DNA of 64,000 bases from Dehalococcoidia bacterium (GTDB lineage: Bacteria; Chloroflexota; Dehalococcoidia; GIF9; AB-539-J10): positions 29,482-93,481 of the forward strand of contig JAUWOR010000009.1 in NCBI GenBank assembly GCA_030612025.1. Direction: 5' to 3'. Shown piece by piece: positions 46,086 through 55,911 of this stretch. Within the stretch, counting starts at the first letter, position 1, and every line of letters starts with the position of its first letter. The translations under genes and the position numbers were made by a program. A model generated the notes under the pieces. That model was not told the origin of the DNA and searched no databases. It was given only the letters and a program-made list of their open reading frames with translations.

Positions 46086-46430
46086 CCTCCCTTCACTTAT
46101 TTCTTCCTGCTACTAAATAGAAAACAGGGAAGGCCTAGAGCGCAGGAAAAACTCATACCTTGCCGAACAACAGGAACTTATTAGGAGCTGGCATATTACC
46201 TCCTTTCTTTTAGCCTTTTGCACCTCGTAACTTATTTAAGGCGCACCTCGTCGCCTAAGATCGGCTGTGTGAAGCTCAGGAGCACACCTGGTAAAATGAT
46301 AAAATGCGGGGGCGGGTCAAGAAGTTGTACTCGTTCAAAGGAAGGGAAGTCTTCTCACCAATAGCTAGGGGCGAGGAAAATGGTATCATTTGATGTATGT
46401 TGAAAAAATATTGGTGTGTGGTGAAGATAA

Positions 46431-47810
46431 ATGCTAGTAAAAAACGCTGATGTGCTAGTTCAGAATGCTCGAACTCCGAAACTCAGTAAGGCTAGAGGAA
46501 TCTTGGTTGAGTTAGTAGACAGTGCCATCAGAGCGGGGGATCCTTCTTCTAGTATACGAAAGTGGGTGAAAGTTGAAGCCGATAAGCTTAAGGTTGGGAA
46601 TTATGAGGTTGATCTTAGCAGGGTTGATAGGATCGTGGCAGTCGGCGGCGGGAAAGCTAGTGCCGCGATGGCGATAACACTTGAGCAAATCTTGGGAGAC
46701 CGACTCGCGGAAGGCACAGTAAACATCCCTGAGGGCACGGTAGCAAGGAAAGCAAGGCACAAAATCAAGTTCGTGGAGGCAGGGCATCCCATTCCCAGTG
46801 AATCTGGTATGGAAGGCACCAAGCAGATACTGGATCTTGTTAGCGGACTCGGTTCACGAGACCTCGTGATATGTCTCATAAGCGGCGGCGGCTCGGCGCT
46901 TATGCCTTTCCCTGCGGAGGGCATAGAGCTTAGCGAGTTGCAAGAGGTTACACAGCTTTTGCTAAAAAGTGGTGCTGCCATCCAAGAGGTTAATGCGGTC
47001 AGAAAACACCTGTCTGCTGTGAAGGGGGGCCAACTGGCTAGGGCAGCTTATCCGGCAAGGATCGTTACTTTGATTATCTCTGATGTAGTTGGGGATAGAT
47101 TAGATACGATCGCCAGTGGGCCGACTTATTGGGATTTAACCACCTACCGGGATGCTTTTTCCGTGCTTGAAAAATATAGACTCACGGAAAAGGTATCGCC
47201 AAGCATTATTGCCCGCTTGAGAAACGGAGTAAGAGGTACGATACCTGAAACACCCAAGCTGGGGGAGGAATGTTTCCGAAACGCCTACTACAAGATCATA
47301 GCAAGCAATGCAGATGCCCTCGAAATGGCTGTGGAAGTTGGAAGGGCCCACGATCTCAACGTCCATATTCTAACAGCCACGATGCAAGGTGAGGCGCGCC
47401 AGGTCGGCGGCCACTTAGCCCGTGTAGCGAAAGAAGTATGCCAGGCAGGAAAGCCAATCCCAGTGCCGGGGCTTTTGCTTTCAGGGGGCGAGACCACGGT
47501 AAGTGTGAGGGGCCAAGGTGTGGGAGGTCGAAATCAAGAGCTCGTGCTCAGTGCAGTGGCAGGTTTAGCTGGTTTGGAGGGCGCGGCTATGGTATCCTTC
47601 GGCACGGATGGGATAGATGGTCCCACAGATGCTGCTGGAGCGCTAGCGGATGGATTCACACTCCAGAAGGCGAGCGAACTTGGCTTAGATCCTTCCTCCT
47701 ACCTCGAGAACAACGACTCTTACCATTTCTTTAAGGAGCTTGAGGGTCTAGTGCTAACCGGGCCCAGCGGGACCAATATAATGGATATCACAGCCTTAAT
47801 TGTTTTCTAA
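46431..47810 (+). CDS. glycerate 2-kinase (MOFRL family)
   Basis: GGGKAS, AGHPIP, LISGGGSAL, IASGPT, GGETTV, GGRNQE, GTDGIDG. Confidence 0.93.
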   Translation: MLVKNADVLVQNARTPKLSKARGILVELVDSAIRAGDPSSSIRKWVKVEADKLKVGNYEVDLSRVDRIVAVGGGKASAAMAITLEQILGDRLAEGTVNIPEGTVARKARHKIKFVEAGHPIPSESGMEGTKQILDLVSGLGSRDLVICLISGGGSALMPFPAEGIELSELQEVTQLLLKSGAAIQEVNAVRKHLSAVKGGQLARAAYPARIVTLIISDVVGDRLDTIASGPTYWDLTTYRDAFSVLEKYRLTEKVSPSIIARLRNGVRGTIPETPKLGEECFRNAYYKIIASNADALEMAVEVGRAHDLNVHILTATMQGEARQVGGHLARVAKEVCQAGKPIPVPGLLLSGGETTVSVRGQGVGGRNQELVLSAVAGLAGLEGAAMVSFGTDGIDGPTDAAGALADGFTLQKASELGLDPSSYLENNDSYHFFKELEGLVLTGPSGTNIMDITALIVF

Positions 47811-47820
47811 GGAGCTGACT

Positions 47821-49182
47821 TCAAGCCACTCGGCTCTGTATCATTTTTATGATTGCCCTATCCGTCTGAATCATAGAGTGTGAAACAATGCCTATATTCT
47901 TTATAGTGTCTTCCGCTTTTTCATCCACAATTCCATTCGGAGGTATCTTTATTCCATTTACGCTCATTAAGGCACTTTCCATAGCAACGCCTGCTGCTGT
48001 CAGGGCTTTTAATGTGCAACTATATTTAGCCCCATCGCATATGACGCCTGTTATATTTGATGCTGCAGCATTAATGGCATTGTTTATTTCCCCCTCTTTG
48101 CCTCCCAGGAGATATGTGAGCCCTGCCGCTGCTCCAATAGCTGATTTATTGAAACAACCGCATAGCGCAGACAAATCACCTGTATAGTTGGATATGATCT
48201 TGGTGACAATGTGTGACAGCAGTATAGACTTTAGGAGTCTATCTTCATCGATATTTAGCCATTCAGCGGTAACAATGATGGGAACTGTAGCGGTGATACC
48301 CATATTTCCTGACCCTGATGTGCTCATTGCTGGTTTTGGAGCACCTCCCATTCTTGCCTCAACTCCAGAGGCAACCTCCAGTTTAATATTTGTCATTAAG
48401 TCATTTGACAACATGCCATTTTGAATCAAACTCTCTAGAGCTTTTACAATTCCTATACCATATTGTTTGCCTCTTCCCTCTTTTGTCAGCTGTTTATTTA
48501 TAATTATTGTCTTCCCAAGTTCTTCTTTCTCCTTAGCATCTATAGCTTCGATAATTTTAATAATCTCTGCTATATTTTCTGGCAAATTTTCTTCCTCATT
48601 CTCGGCTTTCTGCTCAATACTTTGTTCGTATATTTTCCTATCGTTTATTTGTATTAACACTATATTGTCATGAGTTCCACATATTCTTGTCTTTGCTATT
48701 GTTTCTGTTTCATCTTTAAGGTAAATAAGTTCGGCCGAGATGTCGATAGCTGTTATTTTTTCACCAATGTCTGCCTCTCCAATTTCTATTTTGCCCACCA
48801 AGCTATTTGCCCTTTCCAGTATGGGAGCATTTATTTGGTCGAAAATATTTAAATATTGCTGCTTCTTTAGGGTGGCATTTTTGTTAAGATTTGTGAATAT
48901 GCCTAGAGCTGCTGCGAGTTTAATCCCTCTTTGCCCATTAGTTTTAGGTATAGCAACACCACAGGTATTTTTAAAGACATTTCTATCCACCTTTATCATC
49001 ATTTTTTCCACTTTCTCAGTATCGGGTAAAGGTACACTCTCATTTATGCCCAAGCCTAAATGCACCGGGTAGTTGCCAAATAAGGCGTTATATGCTGTTG
49101 ATGTAGCCAATCCTATTGCTGCTACCTCAGTGCACCCCATTGCGGGCTTTACATTGCGTTGCAGGAATTTCAGTATGTCTAT
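47821..49182 (-). CDS. L-cysteine desulfidase / Fe-S serine dehydratase alpha-like protein
   Basis: KPAMGCTE, ARMGG, SGSGNMG, LSALCGC, GVICDGAK..C; homology extends 14 codons upstream of ATG 49140. Confidence 0.85.
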   Translation of the reverse strand: MDILKFLQRNVKPAMGCTEVAAIGLATSTAYNALFGNYPVHLGLGINESVPLPDTEKVEKMMIKVDRNVFKNTCGVAIPKTNGQRGIKLAAALGIFTNLNKNATLKKQQYLNIFDQINAPILERANSLVGKIEIGEADIGEKITAIDISAELIYLKDETETIAKTRICGTHDNIVLIQINDRKIYEQSIEQKAENEEENLPENIAEIIKIIEAIDAKEKEELGKTIIINKQLTKEGRGKQYGIGIVKALESLIQNGMLSNDLMTNIKLEVASGVEARMGGAPKPAMSTSGSGNMGITATVPIIVTAEWLNIDEDRLLKSILLSHIVTKIISNYTGDLSALCGCFNKSAIGAAAGLTYLLGGKEGEINNAINAAASNITGVICDGAKYSCTLKALTAAGVAMESALMSVNGIKIPPNGIVDEKAEDTIKNIGIVSHSMIQTDRAIIKMIQSRVA

Positions 49183-49203
49183 TTCAATTTCTCCTCAGAG
49201 AAA

Positions 49204-50466
49204 TTAATTTTGGATTGCATTTATATGTAGGTAAGGCTGTAGCACCTCGGGCACTAATACTGTGCCATCGGGTTGCTGATAATTTTCCAGCACAGCGATA
49301 AGGACCCGCGGTAAAGCTAAACCTGAGCCATTAAGTGTGTGGATAAAGCAAGGTCTACTTCCAGGTTCGGGACGGTAGCGGATATTAGTTCGCCTGGCCT
49401 GAAAGTCACTGCAGTTGCTACAGGAGCTGACCTCAAGCCATTCGCCAGAGCCCGGAGCCCACATTTCAATATCGTATGTTTTACAGGCAGCAAAACCAAG
49501 GTCGCCAGTGCATAGTTGCGCCACGCGATAGGGTATAGCTAACTTGCGGCACACATCCTCAGCATCAGCTACTAACTTCTCCAGTTCCTCATCAGATTTT
49601 TCCGGCTCAGTGAGCTTATAAAGCTCCACCTTATCAAACTGATGCCCTCTCTTGATACCCCGGGTGTCTTTACCTGCAGCCATTTTCTCCCGACGAAAGC
49701 AAGCGGTGTAGGCAACGTAATGAAGGGGCAAGTCCTTGGCATCTAATATCTCATCACGATGCAAATTGGTTAAAGGCACTTCTGCTGTGGGTATAAACCA
49801 AAAATCATCCTCATCATCGTGGTATAGGTTATCGCTAAATTTGGGCAAGTTTCCCGAACCTACCATGCATTCCCGCTTGACCATAAAAGGAGGATAGATT
49901 TCTTTGTAGCTGTGCTCGGTTACATGCAAATCAAGCATAAAAGAGATTAACGCTCGCTGAAGATGTGCTCCCAATCCTTTGAGCACATAGAATCGAGTCC
50001 CAGAGAGCTTTACACCCCTTTGAAAATCTATTATGCCCAGTTTCTCACCTAACTCCCAATGAGGCAGCGGCTTAAAGGAGAACTCTCTTGGCTCACCCCA
50101 GCTACGCACCACAATATTGTTGCTCTCATTCTTTCCCAAAGGCACACTGGGATGAGGAATGTTTGGCAGTTCTAGCAATAAGGATTCAAGGTTGGCTTTA
50201 ACCTGGCTAGTTTCCTGCTGTAAAGCAGATATTTGCTCTCCTAGCTTACGCATCTCGGCAATAAGCTGAGGTGGTTTCTCCTTTGTTGTGCCTAGCTGTT
50301 TGCTTACCTGGTTATGTTGACTTCGGAGTAGCTCTACCTGACGAAGCAAGTGACGGTGGTGCTCATCAGTTTCAAGAATGTTCTCCAGGGCGAAAGTGTC
50401 ACCTCTTTTCTCCAGTGCCTGGCGAACAACCCCCGGACTTTCACGGATAAGTTTAATATCAAGCAT
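49204..50466 (-). CDS. serS: serine--tRNA ligase
   Basis: IPTAEVP, CFRRE, HQFDKVE, EVSSCSNC, TLNGSGLA. Confidence 0.97.
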   Translation of the reverse strand: MLDIKLIRESPGVVRQALEKRGDTFALENILETDEHHRHLLRQVELLRSQHNQVSKQLGTTKEKPPQLIAEMRKLGEQISALQQETSQVKANLESLLLELPNIPHPSVPLGKNESNNIVVRSWGEPREFSFKPLPHWELGEKLGIIDFQRGVKLSGTRFYVLKGLGAHLQRALISFMLDLHVTEHSYKEIYPPFMVKRECMVGSGNLPKFSDNLYHDDEDDFWFIPTAEVPLTNLHRDEILDAKDLPLHYVAYTACFRREKMAAGKDTRGIKRGHQFDKVELYKLTEPEKSDEELEKLVADAEDVCRKLAIPYRVAQLCTGDLGFAACKTYDIEMWAPGSGEWLEVSSCSNCSDFQARRTNIRYRPEPGSRPCFIHTLNGSGLALPRVLIAVLENYQQPDGTVLVPEVLQPYLHINAIQN

Positions 50467-50493
50467 TTGTTCTTCCCTCCACTTAGTTTGGAG

Positions 50494-51966
50494 TCAAGGC
50501 TCCGTTTTTGTCTTCAATTGAGGGAAAAGTATAACCTCACGAATAGAGCTTTGTCCAGTCAGTAGCATTACCAAGCGGTCGATGCCTATTCCCAAACCTC
50601 CAGTGGGTGGCATCCCATACTCTAAAGCTTGAAGAAAATCCTCATCGGCAATTTCAACCTCCTCATTTCCAACCTGCTCTTTTAGCTGTTGTCGAAACCT
50701 CTCCCTCTGTTCCAGAGGGTCGTTGAGTTCAGTGAAGGCATTGGCAACCTCTATCCCGTTAATGAATGCCTCAAACCTTTCCACCAAACGGTCATCGCCC
50801 CGCTTGCGCTTGGCCAAAGGCGACATTTCCACTGGGTAATCGAGAAGGAAGGTCGGCTCAATGAGATTCGACTCAACAAAGGTGGCAATTAGCTCATCTA
50901 CAAGTTTTCCTCTTCCCTTGCCCGGATCAGCTTCCATTCCCATCTCTATCATTCGTGACCGCAAGGAAGCAGCATCGGGATAATCTTCAAAGTCAATGCC
51001 ACAATGCTTTTTAATAGCCTCACGTAAATAAAGCCTTTGCCAGGGAGGAGTAAGGTCAATGGTTTTCCCTTGACAGGTAATCTTGGTATCGCCCAGAACT
51101 TTATGAGCAATGTAAGAGATTGCCTCCTCAACCAAATTCATTATGTCATTATAATCAGCATAGGCCTGGTAACATTCAAGCAAGGTGAATTCAGGATTAT
51201 GTTTAACGGAAATGCCTTCGTTGCGAAAGGCACGCCCCATCTCATAAACCTTATCAAAACCGCCTACTATTAGCCTCTTGAGGTGAAGCTCTAGAGCGAT
51301 ACGCAGGTAAAGGTCTTCATCGAGTGCGTGGTGATGGGTGATGAAGGGACGTGCTAATGCTCCGCCCGCTTGTGGCTGGAGCACAGGGGTCTCCGCTTCT
51401 ATAAAGCCTTGGCTATTGAGAAAATTTCTAACCTCAGTGATAATCCGGCTACGTAGGGTAAAAATGGTTCTGGCATCTTCGTTGGAAATAAGGTCAAGAT
51501 ACCTCTGTCGGTACCTCTTTTCTACATCAGCCAGTCCATGCCATTTCTCCGGCAGTGGACGAAGGGACTTACATAACATAGTGTAATTAGATACTTCAAG
51601 CGTGATCTCCCCTGTTTTTGTTCGGAAAAGCTTGCCTTCCACCCCTATAATGTCGCCAATGTCAACCTCCTTAAGAAATTCATACTTCTCCTGCCCCAGA
51701 GAATTGTAGCGAAAGCAGAGCTGTATCTTCCCTGAGCCATCACGAATATCAAAAAAGGTCATCTTGCCCATGGAGCGCCTAGCCATAACACGGCCGGCAA
51801 GGGATATAGTCTGGAAGCCTTTTTTTTGCTGTTTGAAGAGAGTTATTGCTTGTTGAATGGTGTGACTGGGGTGGTAGGAATGGGGATAAGGGTTTACCCC
51901 TCGAGCCCGAATCCTGCTCAAGCTATCCAACCTCTGCTGAGTTATACGCTCTAACCTTGAGGTCAT
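50494..51966 (-). CDS. lysS: lysine--tRNA ligase (class II)
   Basis: YRQRYLDL, FRNEG..HNPEFT, YGMPPTGGLGIGIDRL. Confidence 0.97.
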   Translation of the reverse strand: MTSRLERITQQRLDSLSRIRARGVNPYPHSYHPSHTIQQAITLFKQQKKGFQTISLAGRVMARRSMGKMTFFDIRDGSGKIQLCFRYNSLGQEKYEFLKEVDIGDIIGVEGKLFRTKTGEITLEVSNYTMLCKSLRPLPEKWHGLADVEKRYRQRYLDLISNEDARTIFTLRSRIITEVRNFLNSQGFIEAETPVLQPQAGGALARPFITHHHALDEDLYLRIALELHLKRLIVGGFDKVYEMGRAFRNEGISVKHNPEFTLLECYQAYADYNDIMNLVEEAISYIAHKVLGDTKITCQGKTIDLTPPWQRLYLREAIKKHCGIDFEDYPDAASLRSRMIEMGMEADPGKGRGKLVDELIATFVESNLIEPTFLLDYPVEMSPLAKRKRGDDRLVERFEAFINGIEVANAFTELNDPLEQRERFRQQLKEQVGNEEVEIADEDFLQALEYGMPPTGGLGIGIDRLVMLLTGQSSIREVILFPQLKTKTEP

Positions 51967-51969
51967 AGC

Positions 51970-52185
51970 TTAAACTCCTAAAATCTCCTTAGCTTCTTTA
52001 GCCAGATGCGCGGGCACCATTATCTTTACTTCGCCTAAGCCATCAATAGTAAGTCCATAGACTAAGCTGGCGCTCTCATAGCTTAAGAGGGTTGGAATGC
52101 CTTCGCTCTCCAGCCGCCCCTTAATTATCTGCGCTTCCATTTGCCTGGCAGTGCAAATAGCAACCAGTTGTTCCTGTGTGGACAT
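51970..52185 (-). CDS. DUF2007 (putative signal transducing) protein
   Basis: EAQIIKGRLESEGIP..GEVKIMVP..AKEIL. Confidence 0.8.
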   Translation of the reverse strand: MSTQEQLVAICTARQMEAQIIKGRLESEGIPTLLSYESASLVYGLTIDGLGEVKIMVPAHLAKEAKEILGV

Positions 52186-52345
52186 AAGCCTTAGGATTGA
52201 TATTGTAGCAGAAACCTATGCCATCTCCAATATCGGCGTTTACCTCGAAAGGTAGCTCTTGACCCTTAAGGGCGCACGATATAAAATCTGCTTTACTGCC
52301 TGAGAGGCTCTGCCATTAAGTTAAAATCTAAAGGAGGAAGGTGAT

Positions 52346-52723
52346 TTGTATGCATTGGGAAGACATCTGCTACTGGAATTAAAGGATTGCAATATGGAGG
52401 TGCTAGATGACTTAGATTTTCTCAAAGATTGTCTTAATGAAGCTGCTGTTCAATGTGGTGCCATTGTCGTCGGCGAAACTTTCTACCATTTTTCTCCTCA
52501 TGGGGTAAGTGGGGTGGTCAACATCGCTGAATCGCATATCTCTATTCATACCTGGCCTGAGTATAGATACGCTGCTGTCGATGTTTTCACCTGTGGAGAC
52601 AAAGCAGAACCTGAAGAAGCTGCTAAGCTAATAGTAGAAAAGCTGGAAGCCCAAAATCACTCCTTAATAGAGTTGCGAAGAGGCATCGTAGTGGATAGCC
52701 AGGTTAGTTGGGCCACAAAATGA
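52346..52723 (+). CDS. speD: S-adenosylmethionine decarboxylase proenzyme
   Basis: GVSGVVNIAESHISIHTWPE, DVFTCG. Confidence 0.95.
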   Translation: MYALGRHLLLELKDCNMEVLDDLDFLKDCLNEAAVQCGAIVVGETFYHFSPHGVSGVVNIAESHISIHTWPEYRYAAVDVFTCGDKAEPEEAAKLIVEKLEAQNHSLIELRRGIVVDSQVSWATK

Positions 52724-53643
52724 AAGATAAAGACCCTGATAAACATAAATGGTTTCATGACTATGTCAACCCTGACCTTACTATGTTGCATAGCGTTAAG
52801 GAGGTGATATATTCAGGGCAAGGCAAGTTTCAATCGATAGACATTATTAACACTGGAAGCTTCGGTATTTGTCTTATCCTTGATGGTAAAATTCAATCCA
52901 GCGAGAAGGATGAGTTTATCTACCACGAAGCTTTAGTACATCCAGCTATGCTTGCTCACCCAAAGCCAGAGAAGGTGTTTATCGCTGGGGGTGGTGAAGG
53001 TTGTACCCTTCGCGAAGTTTTGGCACATAAAACAGTGAAAAAGGTGGTTATGGTGGATATTGACGAGGAGGTAATAAACATTTGTCGTCGCTTCCTGCCT
53101 TCCTTCCATCAAAATTCCTTTGATGATATTCGAGCAGAGCTTCACTTCACTGATGCCAGGAAATACCTGGAGGGAAGCGAGGATAAATTTGATGTCATCA
53201 TCATTGACCTAGCTGACCCCTTGGCTAAAGGACCAGCTCGCTTACTATATACCCAAGAGTTCTACCAAATAGTTAAACAAGGGCTTGAGCCTGATGGTAT
53301 CATGTCTGTGCAAGCTGAATCTGCCGGCTGGACTGAGTTACAAAATTTCACCGCTATTGCCAACACCTTAAAAACTGTCTTTCCTGTAGTTCGTCCCTAT
53401 CTAGCTTACATACCTTCCTTTAATGATGAATGGGGATTTATTTCTGCCTCGGAAAACCTCGACCCGGCCAAATTAGCGCCTGAGGAAATTGATGCCCGAA
53501 TCTCGACAAGAATATCAAAAGAACTAAAATCCTACGATGGGCTTACCCACCAAGCTATGTTTATCCTCCCCAAGCATATTCGCCGGGAGTTAGCGGCAAC
53601 CAAAAAAATCATCACTGACAAAGAGCCTATCTTCACCTATTAA
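52720..53643 (+). CDS. speE: polyamine aminopropyltransferase
   Basis: LDGKIQS..DEFIYHE, GGGEG, VDID, FDVIIID; ATGA overlap with speD. Confidence 0.94.
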   Translation: MKDKDPDKHKWFHDYVNPDLTMLHSVKEVIYSGQGKFQSIDIINTGSFGICLILDGKIQSSEKDEFIYHEALVHPAMLAHPKPEKVFIAGGGEGCTLREVLAHKTVKKVVMVDIDEEVINICRRFLPSFHQNSFDDIRAELHFTDARKYLEGSEDKFDVIIIDLADPLAKGPARLLYTQEFYQIVKQGLEPDGIMSVQAESAGWTELQNFTAIANTLKTVFPVVRPYLAYIPSFNDEWGFISASENLDPAKLAPEEIDARISTRISKELKSYDGLTHQAMFILPKHIRRELAATKKIITDKEPIFTY

Positions 53644-53701
53644 GATAACCTTCCCGATTTTGAAGCTCTCTCTCCTAATGTTATAATGCCTACGAACCCT
53701 C

Positions 53702-55867
53702 ATGGATATTCTAGCCACGCTTAATCCTGTTCAGAGAGAAGCCGTAGAAGCAACAAAGGGGCCTGTGCTTATTCTAGCTGGGCCCGGAAGCGGCAAGACC
53801 AGGGTGATCACCCATCGAGTTGCCTACTTGGTCAGGGGCTGTGGCATTAACCCCCACCATATTATGGCAGTTACCTTCACCAATAAAGCTGCCCGAGAAA
53901 TGAAAGAGAGGTTGGAGCAACTCCTGGGATGGGAGATTGAGGCCTTAACCTTGGGCACTTTCCACGCTATTTGTGCTCGAATTCTCCGCCGTGAGGGCAA
54001 AGCCACAGGGCTTAACGCAGGATTTGTCATTTATGATGATGAAGATCAGTTGAATTTGATAAAACAGAGCCTTCGCGAAGTAAATCTTGATCCCAAGCAA
54101 TATGCTCCTCGTGCTTTGCAATCAGCTATTAGTGCTGCCAAAAGCCGACTTATTAGCCCCAAGGGCTATGCGCAGCAGATTCAGAGTTATTTTGAGGAGA
54201 TAGTGCAACGAGTTTATCAGCACTATCAACAGTTGCTCAATCAAAGTGGGGCAGTGGATTTTGACGACTTGCTAATGAAGACGGTGGAGTTATTCCGCAA
54301 CCACCTGCAGATCCTTAACAGATACCAATCGCGCTATCTCCATATTCTAGTTGATGAATTCCAGGATACCAACATTGCTCAGTATATGCTCATAAAGCAG
54401 CTAACAGGAAAGCACCATAATATCTGTGTCGTTGGTGACCCCGATCAATCCATTTATTCTTGGAGGTTTGCCGATTTGCGCAATATTTTGAGCTTTGAGA
54501 AGGATTATCCCGAAGCTAAAGTAGTGTTTTTGGAGCAAAATTACCGTTCTACCAAGACCATTTTAGAAGTGGCCTCAGATGTCATCTCGGCAAACGTGCA
54601 GCGCAAGCCCAAAAACTTATGGACAGAAAATGAAGTTGGCTCTCCGGTAGCTATTATAGAAAGTTATAGCGAGGAAGAAGAAGCTCAATCAGTGGTTAAC
54701 GAGATAGAGAAGCTGATCAGTCAGGAACAAATATCCCTCAAAGATTGCGCCGTGATGTATCGTGTCAATGCTCAGTCACGAGTTTTGGAGGAAACATTTA
54801 TGAGGTATGGGATGCCTTATAAGCTTGTCGGCGGCACTCGCTTTTATCGCCGGCAGGAGATCAAGGATATTATTGCTTACCTTAGGGTTATTCATAATCC
54901 GCATGACAATGTCAGCCTGGCCCGGATAATAAATGTTCCTGGGAGGGGCATTGGGCAGGGCACCCTCAACAAGCTTCGAGCTTGGGCAAGGCCTCATGAT
55001 ACTTCTCTCTACGATTCCTTAAAGCAGGTTGTAGAAGAGAAAACACTCTCTTCACGCATCACTCAAGCTTTAACTGGTTTTGTTGCTCTTATTGATGAAC
55101 TAATGGTTAAAAGTCACGAGCTAAATCTTGCCGAGCTATTAGACGAGATATTGGAGCATATAGAATATAGGGAATATCTCTTGGAGAAGGAGGATGGGGA
55201 GGAGAGGTGGGAGAACATAATGGAGCTAAGAAGTGTGGCCAAAGAATATAGTGGACTTAATCCTGAAGAGGCTTTAGCCACTTTTTTGGAGAAAGTTAGC
55301 CTGGTAGCAGACATAGACGAATTAGATGAAAAAGCTGATGCTGTAACTCTAATTACCTTACACCAAGCCAAAGGTTTAGAGTTTCCCGTGGTTTTTATCG
55401 TTGGCATGGAGGAAGGAATTCTCCCCCATAGGAGGTCTTTTGATGACCCTGAGGAGATGGAAGAGGAGCGCCGCCTCTGCTATGTTGGCATGACCCGAGC
55501 TGAGAAGCGTCTCTACCTTTTGCGTAGTTACCGGCGTAGCTTATTTGGCGGCTCAGTAAACCCAGCCTCGCGTTTTCTTCAGGATATTTCACCACATTTA
55601 GTAACCACCAAAGGATTATGGGAGGAGGAAGGTCTAAGTCGATTGGTTGGTGCTCCTTCTTCAGTTCCATCCCATCCCGATACTTCGGATTTGAAAGTGG
55701 GTGACTGGGTGCACCACAGCAAATTTGGTGATGGCATAGTGATGGATTGTATTCCCGACAGAGGGGATCGAGTGGTAACCGTGGCCTTTAAAGAAGCCGG
55801 GGTTAAGAAGCTACTCCTCAGCTTGGCAAAATTAGAGAAAATCGAAAAAGATATCGATTTTCCCTGA
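53702..55867 (+). CDS. pcrA: UvrD/PcrA DNA helicase
   Basis: AGPGSGKT, VDEFQDTN, GDPDQSIY, TLHQAKGLEF, EERRLCYVGMTRA. Confidence 0.96.
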   Translation: MDILATLNPVQREAVEATKGPVLILAGPGSGKTRVITHRVAYLVRGCGINPHHIMAVTFTNKAAREMKERLEQLLGWEIEALTLGTFHAICARILRREGKATGLNAGFVIYDDEDQLNLIKQSLREVNLDPKQYAPRALQSAISAAKSRLISPKGYAQQIQSYFEEIVQRVYQHYQQLLNQSGAVDFDDLLMKTVELFRNHLQILNRYQSRYLHILVDEFQDTNIAQYMLIKQLTGKHHNICVVGDPDQSIYSWRFADLRNILSFEKDYPEAKVVFLEQNYRSTKTILEVASDVISANVQRKPKNLWTENEVGSPVAIIESYSEEEEAQSVVNEIEKLISQEQISLKDCAVMYRVNAQSRVLEETFMRYGMPYKLVGGTRFYRRQEIKDIIAYLRVIHNPHDNVSLARIINVPGRGIGQGTLNKLRAWARPHDTSLYDSLKQVVEEKTLSSRITQALTGFVALIDELMVKSHELNLAELLDEILEHIEYREYLLEKEDGEERWENIMELRSVAKEYSGLNPEEALATFLEKVSLVADIDELDEKADAVTLITLHQAKGLEFPVVFIVGMEEGILPHRRSFDDPEEMEEERRLCYVGMTRAEKRLYLLRSYRRSLFGGSVNPASRFLQDISPHLVTTKGLWEEEGLSRLVGAPSSVPSHPDTSDLKVGDWVHHSKFGDGIVMDCIPDRGDRVVTVAFKEAGVKKLLLSLAKLEKIEKDIDFP

Positions 55868-55874
55868 TAAACTA

Positions 55875-55903
55875 TTGACAAAATACACGAAAACGTGTAA
55901 AAT
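55875..55903 (+). promoter_or_regulatory. mutL promoter with internal palindrome
   Basis: TTGACA-17-TAAAAT; TACACG-AAAA-CGTGTA in the spacer. Confidence 0.75.
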
Positions 55904-55911
55904 AATTTTAA

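Noticed and set aside
46200-46320. Possible structured RNA leader (acgaggtgc twice on the minus strand)
   Set aside because: I could not match it to a known riboswitch or establish a convincing fold by eye.
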